Shown piece by piece: positions 12,321 to 25,062 of a DNA stretch of 63,587 nucleotides. The stretch covers positions 50,716,414 to 50,780,000 of the forward strand of contig NW_027266265.1 in the NCBI RefSeq assembly GCF_022045235.1, read 5' to 3'. A program made the position numbers and the translations under genes. The stretch comes from Haliotis cracherodii (lineage: Eukaryota). Below the pieces are notes generated by a model. That model had not been told where the DNA came from. It worked only from the letters and a program-made list of their open reading frames with translations, and ran no database searches. How positions within the stretch are numbered: the first letter of the stretch is position 1; every line of letters begins with the position of its first letter.

Positions 12321-14259
12321 GTACTTTTATACACAACAGTTAACTGTGCAGGCGCTTTGTTAGTACTCAAATAATACTTCTGCGTGGTTATTTTTCTGTA
12401 TGTTTTTATTCCATGTACAACTGCTGATGAGTATCGCAGACATCTTGTCTTTGAAAATCAATAAATTTGCTTTTTTTTCACAAATTAAAAACATTTCAAA
12501 CATGGTAGGGGTCGCGTGTTTGCAAATTCATTTTTTTACCCCATCTTCATTGAACCTATATATGTTTACACAAACTTATCCAGCTACAGATTACTTTTTA
12601 CAACTGTTGCAGGAATGAGGGGTGGTTAAATAGACAGTTCTTCAATTTTCAATTACATTAAAACAAACACAATTTTATTTCCCTAATTACGTATACACAG
12701 TAACAATGTGCCAGTTTCGCATTTATCAACGCCAAGACCAAGACTGAAATTATCACCCGGCGGTGAAGCATAGTCCCTCTGTGATAGTTTTTATCTGCGT
12801 GTCCTTGTGTCAATTTCAACAACGACTTCATTTTATCACCTGAATACAGGTTTGCTCTCAGTTAATCTATCAGTACAACATCCTGAAATGGCTGACAAAT
12901 ACCTGTGAATCCTATATACATAAAACGCATAATTAAAAATACCCGACGACCTTTACAACCTACAACGGCAATAAAAAGACAGTAGAAGGACGTCATCACC
13001 TTGCCGCAGTCCTACCACCCGTGTAGAACACGTGCTGCAAATCCGTCGACATGTCGGGGAGGGAAGGTGGGGACTTTATTGCTTCTTAAGCAGGTCCGTG
13101 ACACTGGCCCTGTGACACAGGTTGTTGTGTAGTTGAGAACGCGAATATTAATTCAGGGAATTTAACACAAATCCTTTTCCACCGTGTGAACTGTTCCGGG
13201 GTTTGTTTACCTCGCAGGTTTATGTGACTTTGTGGTAACAGCTTGATAGGCGGTTGCCAATAAGTCAAGTGGCCATGATAGGATAAATAATTCTGAAAAT
13301 TAGAAATTTACTGCGTAGTCTACTTGACGTATAAATTATTCAAATACCGCAGTGTTTGCCATAGCGACGACATGTTGTGTTTAAATCATGCAATACTAAT
13401 AGAGCGTGGAGGGCATTTGCAGTGAGCAAACACCAGTGCCGGTGGTACTCAATATCATGAATATCTCTGTAGCAACAAGATTACAAGCTGTAGAAAGAAT
13501 GGTTTGTGAAATGAAAAAAATAGCAAAGAAATACTATTTTAAGAATCATGATTAATTTAAAGCTTCAATGTAAAATCTTTTTGCAGTATTAAAATGTAAA
13601 ATTTCAGAAATATAATTGCAAATAATGACAGGATGCAATGTAACATCATTCTGCGGTATTCAGACATATATATTTTCAGAATTGTGAATGAAACGTATGA
13701 TTCCTCTTTCATACTCAGACAAGAAAATACAACATACGATTAAAAAATGGCTATTTGAATGGGAACAAATAGCTGTGCTTAAATTATTTCCCAGGTGTAT
13801 GGCAGAGTCGGATATACTGAATCGTGACTATAACGTAACCAATGTTTTACTGATAATATGTTTTAATATATCCAACAGACGCCAAACATCCCAAACTGTG
13901 AAACAATTTATTTTATGCTGAGGTGAATAACGAATTTTGGACATAATGAACCGGTTTAAAGGGCATCTGGAATTTGCATTATATGTTCAAATGAACTCAT
14001 TTGTTATTTCAAATGACGCTGAAAGTCTTGAAACCAACGAACTACCAACCTCGATGTATTAACTCTGTTTCCGCCATAAAAAACGCCCCAACAGCCACAA
14101 GAAAGGATGAAGGCCAAACGATACCATTGATTTGGAAGAGTGAAAGAAAAACCAGAAACAAGCTCCACTGAATCAGAAAAAGACCGCATGTTCATGAATT
14201 TGAATATCTTCAAACATTCTCAGACAAAACTCATTTTCCCTAAATGTTGCACAATATTT

Positions 14260-15435
14260 CAATTTTCAGGAAGAACCAACAGTTTCGTTCTCCTAAATGT
14301 TAACCATTTCATCCAAGTTGTTCAATTATAGGAATGTGTTGCAGAACGTGGACAACTACCGACCTGTTATTCATAAAATCACAGGCAACTTCTCTTTTGT
14401 TAACAACAGCAACCTTCAGCAGTTGTTCAATAATGGCGTGAATATCGTGAACAGCCTGCTGCCATTTGTTATCAGAAGTTTAAGATCATTATACATGCTG
14501 TCACAGCGTATGCCAGGACATGGTTCACAGGAGAAGACGAATCTGTTGAATGTCTTATGTGTGATGTGGTTAAGTCAATGTGTGATGTAGTCATGTATAA
14601 AATGTCAAGCTGAAAACGAGAAAACAGAATTGGAATAAACCGATTCTGCCCAGCCAGTTGTCCAAAGTCTTACTACGCAGCATGTGAGAAGGCCTCAAAA
14701 TACATAAACCGGTACATGTAAGCATCACCAAATTAATTGGGTGATCAAAGAATTTGGTATAAGTAACATATCAAATAATGACATATTAAGCCAATATGTC
14801 AACTGAGGAAGACGTCAACAAAAATCACGCATCAGTATCATCCACTTTGGGATTTACTCTAAAATCTGAAGACATGTCCATTCCTCTTTTGTACTGGGTT
14901 CCAAAAGCCCCATGCACACCTCAAACCATTATTATTAATATAATCAAGGAAAGACTTTCTTTATATTCACAGAAAGTATCCGAGACAAGTGGAAGTAATA
15001 CCAAGTGAATTCTTAAAAACTTAAAGAAGAGTTTAAGAAAAGAACGAAGTTTAATCATGTTAAAACATTATATACCTCAACTTTCAAAGTACTATGTACA
15101 AAACTATCCCACACGACATACTTAAAGGAAAACTTCCTACCTTAAACCACGAGGCATTTGCCACAAAACGTGGTAACCATAGATATAGTTACCTGTCTAT
15201 CTTCAAAGATTCACGACAATTTGTCAAAAATGAAAGCAAATGTCATCTGAAGTTTCCGATGAAATTCTGGACATCCTCATCTATAACATCCATTTGAAAT
15301 TGGGGGGTCAGCCTTTTAGGCAAGAAGTTAGGATCCCCACGGGCACCAAGTGTGAATTGGAACTGTTTGGATTGTCGAAATTAAAGTTGAACTTAAGCTT
15401 TAGGTATATCGATGTTCTGATATCGTTGAATTATG
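14260..15435 (+). pseudogene. Decayed Penelope-like element reverse transcriptase
   Basis: Ordered fragments across frames: TISSKLFNYRNVLQ, ITGNFSFVNNSNLQQLF, IPLLYWVPK, YKTIPHDILK, LIYNIHLKLGGQPFRQEVRIPTGTKC (cf. GIPMGTNC) and FRYIDVLISLN (cf. FRYIDD). Many stops, frameshifts and deletions. Confidence 0.8.
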
Positions 15436-15523
15436 GTCAAATATCCATGCCCGTGGCTTTCAATGTAAAACGCCTATGTTCTTCCCGATGGTTGCAAACA
15501 TTGAATCATATATGGTGCGAAAG

Positions 15524-15680
15524 GTGGGTGAATATGGTTTTACTCCGCTTTTAGCAACATTCCAGCAGTATCAGGACGGGGATTCTAGAACTGGGCTTCA
15601 CACATTGGACTCATGTGGGGAATCGAACCCAGGCCTTCGGCGTGACGAGAGAACACTTTAACCGCTAGGCTACGCCATCG
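15524..15680 (-). mobile_element. SINE family A copy
   Basis: Reverse complement has gtagcctagcggttaaagtgttctctcgtcacgccgaaggcctgggttcgattcccc...gctggaatgttgctaaaagcggagtaaaacc. Confidence 0.85.
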
Positions 15681-17206
15681 TCACTGTGATGTGAAAAAGC
15701 AGAGGAAGCAGTCGAAGTTAATTGTTGCCATGAAATAGTTCAAAATATGTCATTATATAATCGATTTCGTTTTTTGTATTTTTAAATATGAATATGTCAC
15801 TTTGTATTCGAATCAAATGCGTTAACTGTGCTTAATAATTAGTCATGCCAAGTCTCTACATTGAAACCATATAGATCTTCATCTCAGCTACAGCACTCCG
15901 TGCTTGCAGTATATACAAGTAGATTATAATGTGAAGGCCATTTTGTTACGCGTCGATTCCCAAATTGAAACAGTATGTTAATCCATAAATTTGTACGTAA
16001 AAGAAATTAGTGTGAAACCAACAAACAAACAACAAGTCGCATACAATCAACAAATGTATTACCAAATTAACTAAGTTTGCAAATCAATACAAATTACTGC
16101 ACAGCAATTACAATGGCAGTAAAAAATAGACTGGTTGTACAACATTCAATGGCAATATATAATATGATGGCAGTGGTCAGTATTAACTCCAAAAATGCAT
16201 TGGTGATAGAAAAAATCAGCCTCAATTATATATATATTCACCCAACGGGGACAGCGGTCAAGCTTCCGAGACGGGACTAGGCAGACATTCAGGGGTGGTG
16301 AGTGATCCGCACACGAAAGCTGGTCTTGACATGATGAAAATTATAACAGATTCGTAAACACGCTCTTGTCCCAATATATATATTGCCTAACTAGCTACTG
16401 GTAATTTCTACACAGCGCCCTTACCGGCCTAGCTGTACTAAAACAATCCACATGTTTCTATAACACACTATCACCGTCCGCGGTATACCGGACCGGAAGT
16501 TTACACACCACACTAGCATTTAAATGAATTAACTTCCTGACAACTGCTTACCTTAAATAGTACTTCATGCCTGACGACTAATCACTGCCCAAATTTTAAC
16601 GAATCTCAACTGAAACAATGTAACAATTTGAGACATTGTTCTCTAGCTGCAAAAAACAAAACTTGCTAACATGAGGTTAATAATATATGCTATCCGTTGT
16701 TATATATATTATCCGTTGTTCGAGACAAGCGTAGTATGCCAACATCAGCCCATAATGCAGATTGTGGGCCAATAGGAGTTCTGAATATGGAGTTTAAGTC
16801 AACAGATTCATTTCAGCTGATATCTCTACGAATCCAAAGGAACCCTTATAGTCAGGGCGCCCTGCCTACTGGACGTTTACCAATGACAGCGTCTACGATA
16901 TACGTTATACAAAGGCACATTGCGCAATAACCATAGTTCGTTATTCCAGAAAAGTATTAACTCTGAGGATTCACTAAGTACTGAGCCCATAAACGGATGT
17001 TCACAGCAGTATGAAATCTGGAAGCAAGAAAACAACAGTGACTAACTGTCCCACCATTCCACCATTTAACACTCGGGGCTTTGGGGTGGTGGGGGAAGCG
17101 GTGGCTGGGAGTTTGTTGTAGACAGGAACATTTTTCAGTCACCGCTTCAATACAAGCAATTTTGTCGTGGCAGGTGGAGCCGTACAGTTTAATTTGTTAT
17201 CACAAC

Positions 17207-17438
17207 GGGTTTGAATTGGTCTTCAGCAACCCATGCTTGTCGTAAGAGGCGACTAACGGGATCGGGTGGTTAGGCTCGCTGACTTGTTTAATGTATGACA
17301 TCGTATCCCAGTTGCGTAGATAGATGCTTATGATGTCAATCACTGGATTGTCCGGTCCAGACTCGATTATTTACAGACCGCCGTCAAATAGCTGGAATAT
17401 TGCTGAGTGCGGCGTTAAACAACAAACAAACAAACAAA
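17207..17438 (+). mobile_element. Retroposon family C (no tRNA head; (AAAC)n tail)
   Basis: catgcttgtcgtaagaggcgactaacgggatcggg...gctggaatattgctgagtgcggcgttaaacaacaaacaaac; at least five further copies in the window. Confidence 0.85.
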
Positions 17439-18551
17439 TGTTTCACAAAACACTTTTTTCAATACACCCATCATGCCAAGCCAACAATATATTTTGGAGG
17501 TAAAACCTGGAACAATTTATGTCATCAAAACTATCCCTGCCCCAGTCTCTTAGCTGCAGAATCAAAGTGCCTCGTCCACAACGTACCTAAACAACCGTCC
17601 TTCGTGAGTGAAATGGCCCGTCTCCTGTCTAAACTGTAGGAGGTTGTGTGTGATAACCTTTGGTCATATAATTCCGTTTATATACACCTAGCCACACTGT
17701 AACAAGTCACTGTCTGCCCCCCCCTTCTCCATCTTCTAATGGCGTTCTACCTTCTCGTTAATCCACTAATCCAACGTGACCACACACACTAATCTCGCCG
17801 GAAGCTGGCATTTACGATCCGTATTCCTACACGTGAATGCAAAGAACGCGTTAAACCCTTGGTAATTTCTTAATTCGGGAGAATTTTTCACTTCTCCGTC
17901 ATCCGAGCCTAACTGTTTCATCTGGATGCTGTTGTGTGTTGCTTCTATGCAGGTACCTGAATGGGCACTTTGACTTCAACTGGTCCGAAGTTTAATCGTG
18001 TCTGGAATCTTAAATATTCCGGACAGAGCCGGACAGTGGCGGGCATTGGCACCTTGTCGTCAAATCACTTAACTTTACAAGTATTTGTGATGACTCATGA
18101 TAAGAGGGATGAAACAGTTTTGCCGAAAGAAATTACAATGGCCGCGTTTAATATCGTAAATAGTGAAACACCAGCCCCTTGAAAAGCCGAATCTCACACT
18201 GGTATGAATACAAGATGACCTTTAAAGGAATTTGTTATCAATTAAGAATAAACAGTAAATTGTAAAAGTCTTCTTGGAAGCATAGTGACGAATTCATTTT
18301 GTCGTCGAAAATTATTCATCATCTTAATTGTGACGCCAAACTTAGTACGGACCCTGCATGCTAAACGATAACAGCGTTGAACCCAATTTACGTCATACAG
18401 ATCATTATGATCTATTATCTCAGCACAGGTCGTATATACATTGTAGAAGAAAAATAAGTAGTAAATATGATGAAATCGTGAAAAATGTTATACCAACTGT
18501 ATGCTCATTAAATGGTGCTCATTAAAGTTTATACTTCATTAACCATAAAGC

Positions 18552-18710
18552 TTGTCAATGCAAGAGAATAACCAGTCTAGATTATCCGCCGGAACAGATT
18601 CCATTTGGCGTATAGGCCAAAATAGCTGTGAAAATTATATGAATGGACCACTAAAGATCAGTGATGACACCAGGTGTTCGCGAAAAGGGTACGCATGTCC
18701 TGCCTTACCG
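18552..18710 (+). repeat. Dispersed repeat family E
   Basis: tgtcaatgcaagagaataaccagtctagatt...caaaatagctgtgaaa...caccaggtg..cgcgaaaaggg; related copies at 19940-20100 (-), 28850-28935 (-) and 33962-34030 (+). Confidence 0.8.
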
Positions 18711-19939
18711 GTAGCACAAGCCATAAAAAAGGCTTTTTGTCAAAATCGGCCGTCATGTTATACAAACTATATCCTCAGTATTTAATTTAAAAATAAATCG
18801 TTCAATGTTTCTGGAAAATAAGTTTTTAGCTCCCCCCAAAGAAAATAATGACTGGACTCATATACTTTTTTATATGCTATAACGTGTTTAATCAAATGTC
18901 CATATTTTGTTTGTGTGATGACTGATGACTGATACACTGATGGGAAGAAAGGATTTTGACGAAATCTAATCTTAATTTGGGATGTGAACCAAGGACAATC
19001 GGTTAATAGCAGCTGCGACACAAAAGACTAATGCACCACCCGCGGCCCATTAAAACACTACGCCTCTGTATCAATATACAGATTTAAGAGATGTGCTCTC
19101 TATTTTCTGTTTCCAAACAATGTAATTTCTATATTAGTCATAAAGTTTTTAATATCGTATTTTCTTTGAATTTCTACCATAATAGCGCATCTATAAAACT
19201 AGGCTCACGCCAGTTCACCTAACATCGTCTCTTCTGGGACGACCAAGGCCGACAGCTTGTGTAATCCATGTAAAATTGTTCTCTGATAATCCTTACAAAC
19301 ATAAACTAAACAAATACAACATGAAGCAAAGACATGCGTTTAATGATGTGTACATCTCTTTGAAAGTGTTAAGTCTCCCCGCTGACCCAATCCCCTGTCA
19401 ACATGTGGGGGTGGGAGTAGGCCCAACAAGCTGTGTCGGGGACGTCTCTCTGCTTCATCACTCCCACAGCAACCACGACGTGCACGGTGGGGACGTCGTG
19501 TGTTGACAATGTTGTATGTTGTATATCACAGGAACAATGCCGGCGGTGTTAAAACAATGTAAGAGAAGAGAGACCAGTGGAATTCCGCTTAGATCTTTGT
19601 GAAGGTCATGCTGAAGAAGGTTGTTTTATTAAGCGGGGTTTTTTTAAAAGAAAAGATCTTCATAATACTGTTTTTTTTAGTTCTAGACCAAAATGTTATT
19701 GGATAATAATGTTCATTTAATATCATTTTATTATAATCATCATTTTAATGTATAAATCGATATTCGCTTATTTAAACATAACACCCGGTGTCAATCCTTC
19801 ATCACATTGTATCTGACACCACCATAAATGTCTCCCTCTACTCCACCACGTCTACTTCCAATAATATCAGACCGCCTGGTCCGGGGTTCGATCCCCGGTC
19901 GCGACATACCAAAACACACACAACTTAACCATGCCGTGA

Positions 19940-20100
19940 TGGGAGTAGGGCTGGACATGCTTGCCCTTTTCGCGGGCACCTGGTGCTCGTGGTGCCAGTG
20001 ATCCCGTCACATAAGTTTCACAGCTATTTTGCCCTTTACACGAAATGGAATATGTTTCAGCAGAGAATCTAGACTGGTTATTCTCTTGCATTGACAATTT
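19940..20100 (-). repeat. Dispersed repeat family E (inverted relative to 18552-18710)
   Basis: Reverse complement aligns by eye with 18552-18710; the ORF track shows SMQENNQSR in both. Confidence 0.8.
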
Positions 20101-22577
20101 ATATTTACCGCCCGTGCATGCACGGAAATCCGAAACAAACATTGCACTAGATAGAAAATAGAATACGACATTTGGGGGTTCCATGAACTCAGCAGTAGTT
20201 TATGTAGTACACGTTGTGTGAGAACATAAAGGTAGCTGTCAGTTTGTGAATAAGAATCAGCGAGTTCTACCTTGTAGAGGCGATTCTTTTTCTCGAGCCG
20301 ACAGAGTGTGTTCTCTTCCTGAAAACACATCCCTACTTTCTTAAACTTGAAACAAACCCTACTTGAAGACTTTGACAAAACATTTTTTAGTGGAAAATGT
20401 TTGAAACATAAATCAGAGCTCTTTGATTGTATTTATACTGTGTGAGTCGTCTTTGCGTGATGCATGTGGATTATGACGGTAGTTGATGCATGGTACAAGG
20501 TTTTTTACTGTTTTATGAGGCCCTAAACGGGTATTTAAAAAATCATTGCATGTTTTGAAAACATGCTGACGGGGATTACAAGAAATCTAGAACCCTGAAC
20601 AAGGATATATATGTTTATCTGTTTCTTAGTTTTTCTCATCAAAAGTTTATCTAATTACTTAAACATTAACACCGTTAAAGGTTACTACCTAACACAACAT
20701 TATACATAATACTTTCTGAGGATTATACAAATATTTGAAAACATTTCATTGTTAATTTCACACCATTCTGTCATGTGTTCCCGTGGCCGAGGTGAGACAT
20801 GTTTTCTCACAAAATTTGAAATAATTCACCTGTGTTAAAATAAATAATAATTTTAAACAACTCTGCATTAATTGAAGCGTGGTTGAAGACAATACAGACG
20901 TGAATAATTGACAAACAGCTACCCATCCGTGAAAAATAATGGTTGCTTTAAACATTAAAGTGACGTCAGAGACAGGTTTTTTAAAGTCCTGAAGTACAGT
21001 GTAAATGGCAGGTTTTTTCCAACCGCGACGGAGTCAGAACTATCGAGGATGAACCGCTCCTTGTTACAGGAAGTGGTGACACATGCTCCCAGGCCACCTG
21101 TCACGAGGTCACCGCCGAATCTTGGAGGTCCCGAAGGTCGTTCAAGGGAATGTCCACCTGGCTGGCTACTGGTCAGCGTTCCCCTGCACGAGAGATCTCC
21201 CCACTCCATCTCGCGGCTCCATCCATCGCGCTGGCTGATCTGTGACAAACAGGGGTAACAATCGGCCTTTTCTACTTCTCTGTCGACCTCCACTGTTTGT
21301 GATAGGAAATGAGTCTGTCGTTCTCTCAGTTCTGTATTGGCGTAAGATTTGGCGGCGAATTGCTCTCTCTAATTTCTTAATCTCTTTAAAGAAACACAAG
21401 TTTTGAAATTCCAACGCATGTAAATCCCGTGTACACAACACCTGTTTAAGGCGTTCAAGGCGCCCGTCTGAGCAGACGACAGAACGCAGCTTTCGCTTGC
21501 TCGCACCAAACAAACGCTTGGTTTCAAATTCTTTGGACGGGCCACGCAAATGATAGAATCAAGCATCTCTAACAGGAAGATTCCGACGGATTTCAACAAG
21601 TTAGCATCTCGCTTGCATAATTTGGTCAAGCGTCGGCGCGAACCTCGTGACAGTTTGTCGCTGAACCCACGAGATGTTGTGACGATTGGTGGTAACACTT
21701 AGGTACTACAATGGCTTCGTCCTCAACATCAAAGAGATGCTCGGGTTTATTCGAGTGCCAATATGTTGAATCACCTTAGATCTGGCTGGGCATACGAATG
21801 CTCCTCGTGCCAACAGCGTTAGATTTCGTGAATGAGTGGGTGAATGAATGGGCTTTGTGACGTAATTTGTATTAGTGTGTGAGTTTCTGTTTGTTTGGCA
21901 CAGCGGACAGCAATACTCCAGCCATATCACGCGGGCTGTGAATAATAGAATCTGCACCAGAGAAACCAGTGGGTGAAAACATGAGCACCGATTCTCGCCA
22001 TTGGGTCGCTCTGACACGCAAGTCGGCCATGCCCCCGGAATTCCCACATGGGTCGACTGTTAAATAAATGAATAAGTTTATGCTTGATTGATAATTTAAG
22101 TGTGTGATTAATTAACTAAGTCTGAGAGGAGTGTGTTACGTTGCTGTCAACAAGTGTAACTAAACTACTCAAAAGAAGGACCACCCGATACGTTCATAAT
22201 ACAAAGGTTAATCTGTTCTTTTGGACGGTATATAACACGATTTCTTCGAGCAATTGAGGCTTGCTCACACAAACATTGGTTGATTGTGGCACAAAGATCC
22301 AAGTTGGCTACGATGGTTTCACAGTGCTAGCGCACTTAGTAGCCATTCTGGACATCTGATCCTCTTTCTTGTAGCCTTTATAACATATATGAACATACTT
22401 AGTCAAGGTCTTCACAATTATTTATTCCATATTTGATGAGAAAACAGGGAAACAGGACACACGTAGTTACTGCCAGTCAGAAATCAAATGGATGCTTCTT
22501 TAGCATTTTTAAATAACCGACCCGAAACTGATGATTAGCATTTTACACAGCAGATACAATAAACAGTCCGTACCCAG

Positions 22578-22649
22578 CAGCCTGGTTCCGTGGGTATGCT
22601 GCGCTGGCGCTACACTGCGCCAGCGCAGCATACCCACGGAACCAGGCCA
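22578..22649. mobile_element. Tiny palindromic element (31-bp perfect arms, 6-nt loop)
   Basis: gcctggttccgtgggtatgctgcgctggcgc-tacact-gcgccagcgcagcatacccacggaaccaggc, flanked by the direct repeat (g/a)tacccag. Confidence 0.8.
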
Positions 22650-23039
22650 ATACCCAGTAGCTCGGAAACGATGGCCAACAATGGTATGACATGATTAAAT
22701 AACCCTTTGTATGTTTGATTATCCATATGATTCATGAAAAGGGAGTTATTACAATCACAAACACGCCTGTTGTTATGAAGTCACATGAAATGCATTGTTG
22801 ACGTAATGTATAATGACGTCATAATAGATGACGTCATGCACAGTGTTACAAATACTGCTACAATACAATTGTACCAGATAGTACATATGTGTTTGCAAGA
22901 AAGACGTAAAGAAGACTTATTCCCTCTTGTACCACGGATAATGCGTTAGATGTAAAGAAATAATCACATTTGATTTTACCACCTTTATGCCAGCGAGAGC
23001 GAGGGAAATATATAAACTGCGCCTGATTAAATATAAACC

Positions 23040-23222
23040 CTGGCCAAGGAACGTTTACATCCATCTTTGACGGTGGCCAAACACGAAACAAATGAGAAAT
23101 GTTTATTCGATGGTGATGTATTTGATACGGATATCATAACTGTGTTTGCACCTTAAGATTGCAGTGTTTCGGCGACTGTTTTCAGTCTTTTTTGGTTAAA
23201 TCCAATTTTCAAGTTTATACGT
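23040..23222 (-). mobile_element. Tc1/mariner-type MITE family M1, eroded copy
   Basis: Internal ttattcgatggtgatgtatttgatacgg...gcagtgtttcggcgactg shared with the other M1 copies. Confidence 0.7.
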
Positions 23223-24823
23223 TATTATGTCTTGCAGTTTATATATACATATTTATTATATAAGTGAATATTTTCAAACAGTACATTGGAAGTCCCTGTA
23301 TTATTTTCCTGTTTCTCGACTTTGAGTTTTACAGTTCAAAACCATTTCTGAACAATTTAAAATGTTCAGACATATATTCGAAGTTCATATCTTACACCCC
23401 AGTCGGCAATACCTGTGTTACAGTAAATCTACAAATATCCTTTTTGTCTGAGATACAGGGACGCTCATACGCGCTAAAACAAATTAGAACATAACTTATC
23501 CATGAGCTAGTGCTTGAAGGACAACTAACTCCCATCTCTCGGACAGGTGAGAGACCCGATCGCTGCGCCGTGTTTACATAGGCAACAGGTAGACGCGCGT
23601 TCGCCAGACACACCTGACTCCCGCCCTCATAACGGCCCTTACACCTGTGCGGACCTTGAGTGTAGTTATTAAATGTGTGGTGTTGGGGCCGTGTCACGGA
23701 AATGACAGTTTTATGTAAATGACGTGTCTTGTTTTCCAATTCAACACATAATGGGTTTGATTGACATTGCAATGTGGGCATTTGTTAGCCGCCATGCGTA
23801 TTACATCCCAGAGAATTTAACGTGCGTGTGATTTGAAATAATATTTCAGTCAAGTCAACGTAGATCATGTAGCATTCATGACTGTATGTTCATATATGGT
23901 GAATGAAACAACTTGTCAACAAAACTAAATGTAATCTACAGTTAATCCGTTAATCCGCGGGATTTTCGGGAAAACATTGTTACGGTGTAATGTTCTTTAT
24001 TGATATATGTAGTGGCGGTGCCACCTGTAGGGTACGACATGCTTACACTTGTCTCGAATACCCGGTGTCTCGAATACCCAGTGTCATCACTTATTTTCAG
24101 TGATCCATTCATATAATTTTCACCGCTATTTTGCCTTGACTTTTTTATATTCAGATTGATCTTCGATAAAGGGACGCTTCCGGACTATTTTGGTTTCTTT
24201 GTAGAGGCGATTCATTTAAATGGTTATATCACGTATGTCTTTCTTAGACGTTTGAAATGTTGGTGAAATCCACGAGCACGGGTACAGAAACGACAAGGAT
24301 CATAATAGGGCGAGTCTGGGATTCGAACCTGTGCCCTGCGCATCCAGGCCAAACTCGACACAAAGAGTTGTCCAGACGTAGACCACTAAACAACATTAAT
24401 TGTTACAATGGGCTTAAATAAAAACGAAAAAAACCTTTCCATACACTGCGAGTTATAAAACCGTAGACCACTAGAAACAGCATACTGTTACGATTCAATG
24501 CAAAGATCTAATGAATATTTCAATTAACTTCTTATAATATATAATGCGAATTCCAGTGACCTTCAAAACGGTTGGTGCCTATGGTATTTCCAATCCCAAT
24601 GTTGCGAGAAGCAAAAAAAATAAGAAAATCAAAATGGATACGTCAGAAGTATATTTTTACATTTCATTAAAAAACTAAACATAAACATCGTTATGATTAT
24701 AGCTGAATCGAAATATCAAATTGTCATTCGTACAAGAAGTCCTATAAATTTACACGCTGAACACAGTATAGCGAAAACAGACTAGCTTACCCCATTCGTC
24801 GCTATGGGATTATGCTTGAAATA

Positions 24824-25062
24824 CACTACCGGTTAAAAGAAAGTATATACGTGAAAATTGGATTCGGCTAAAACATTACAAACGTCATCAAAACGTTAGT
24901 AGGTTGACAACAGTCGCCGAAACACGAAAAACTTAAGGTCCAAGACACAACTTTGATACCTGAATAAAATACATAATCATCGAATAACAATTTGCTGGGG
25001 TTTTTTGTTCGATGTCTAGCCACCATCAAGCATGGGTGTATACTTTCTCTTGTCCGGCAGTA
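24824..25062 (+). mobile_element. Tc1/mariner-type MITE family M1 (~240 bp)
   Basis: TA-cactaccggttaaaagaaagtatatac ... gtgtatactttctcttgtccggcagta-TA: imperfect ~27-bp TIRs with TA flanks. Confidence 0.85.

Noticed and set aside
9421-12550. Terminal inverted repeats for the Tc1 element
   Set aside because: Only weak similarity between ~9455-9485 and ~12498-12520; not enough to call the ends.
18552-20100. Inverted ~160-bp repeats as TIRs of a 1.5-kb transposon
   Set aside because: The same sequence occurs singly at 28850 and 33962 and no TSD was seen, so these are more likely two independent copies of a dispersed repeat.
21706-22047. 113-aa Cys-containing ORF
   Set aside because: Overlaps an eroded SINE 3' end on the minus strand (gatatggctggagtattgctg...cactcattcac).
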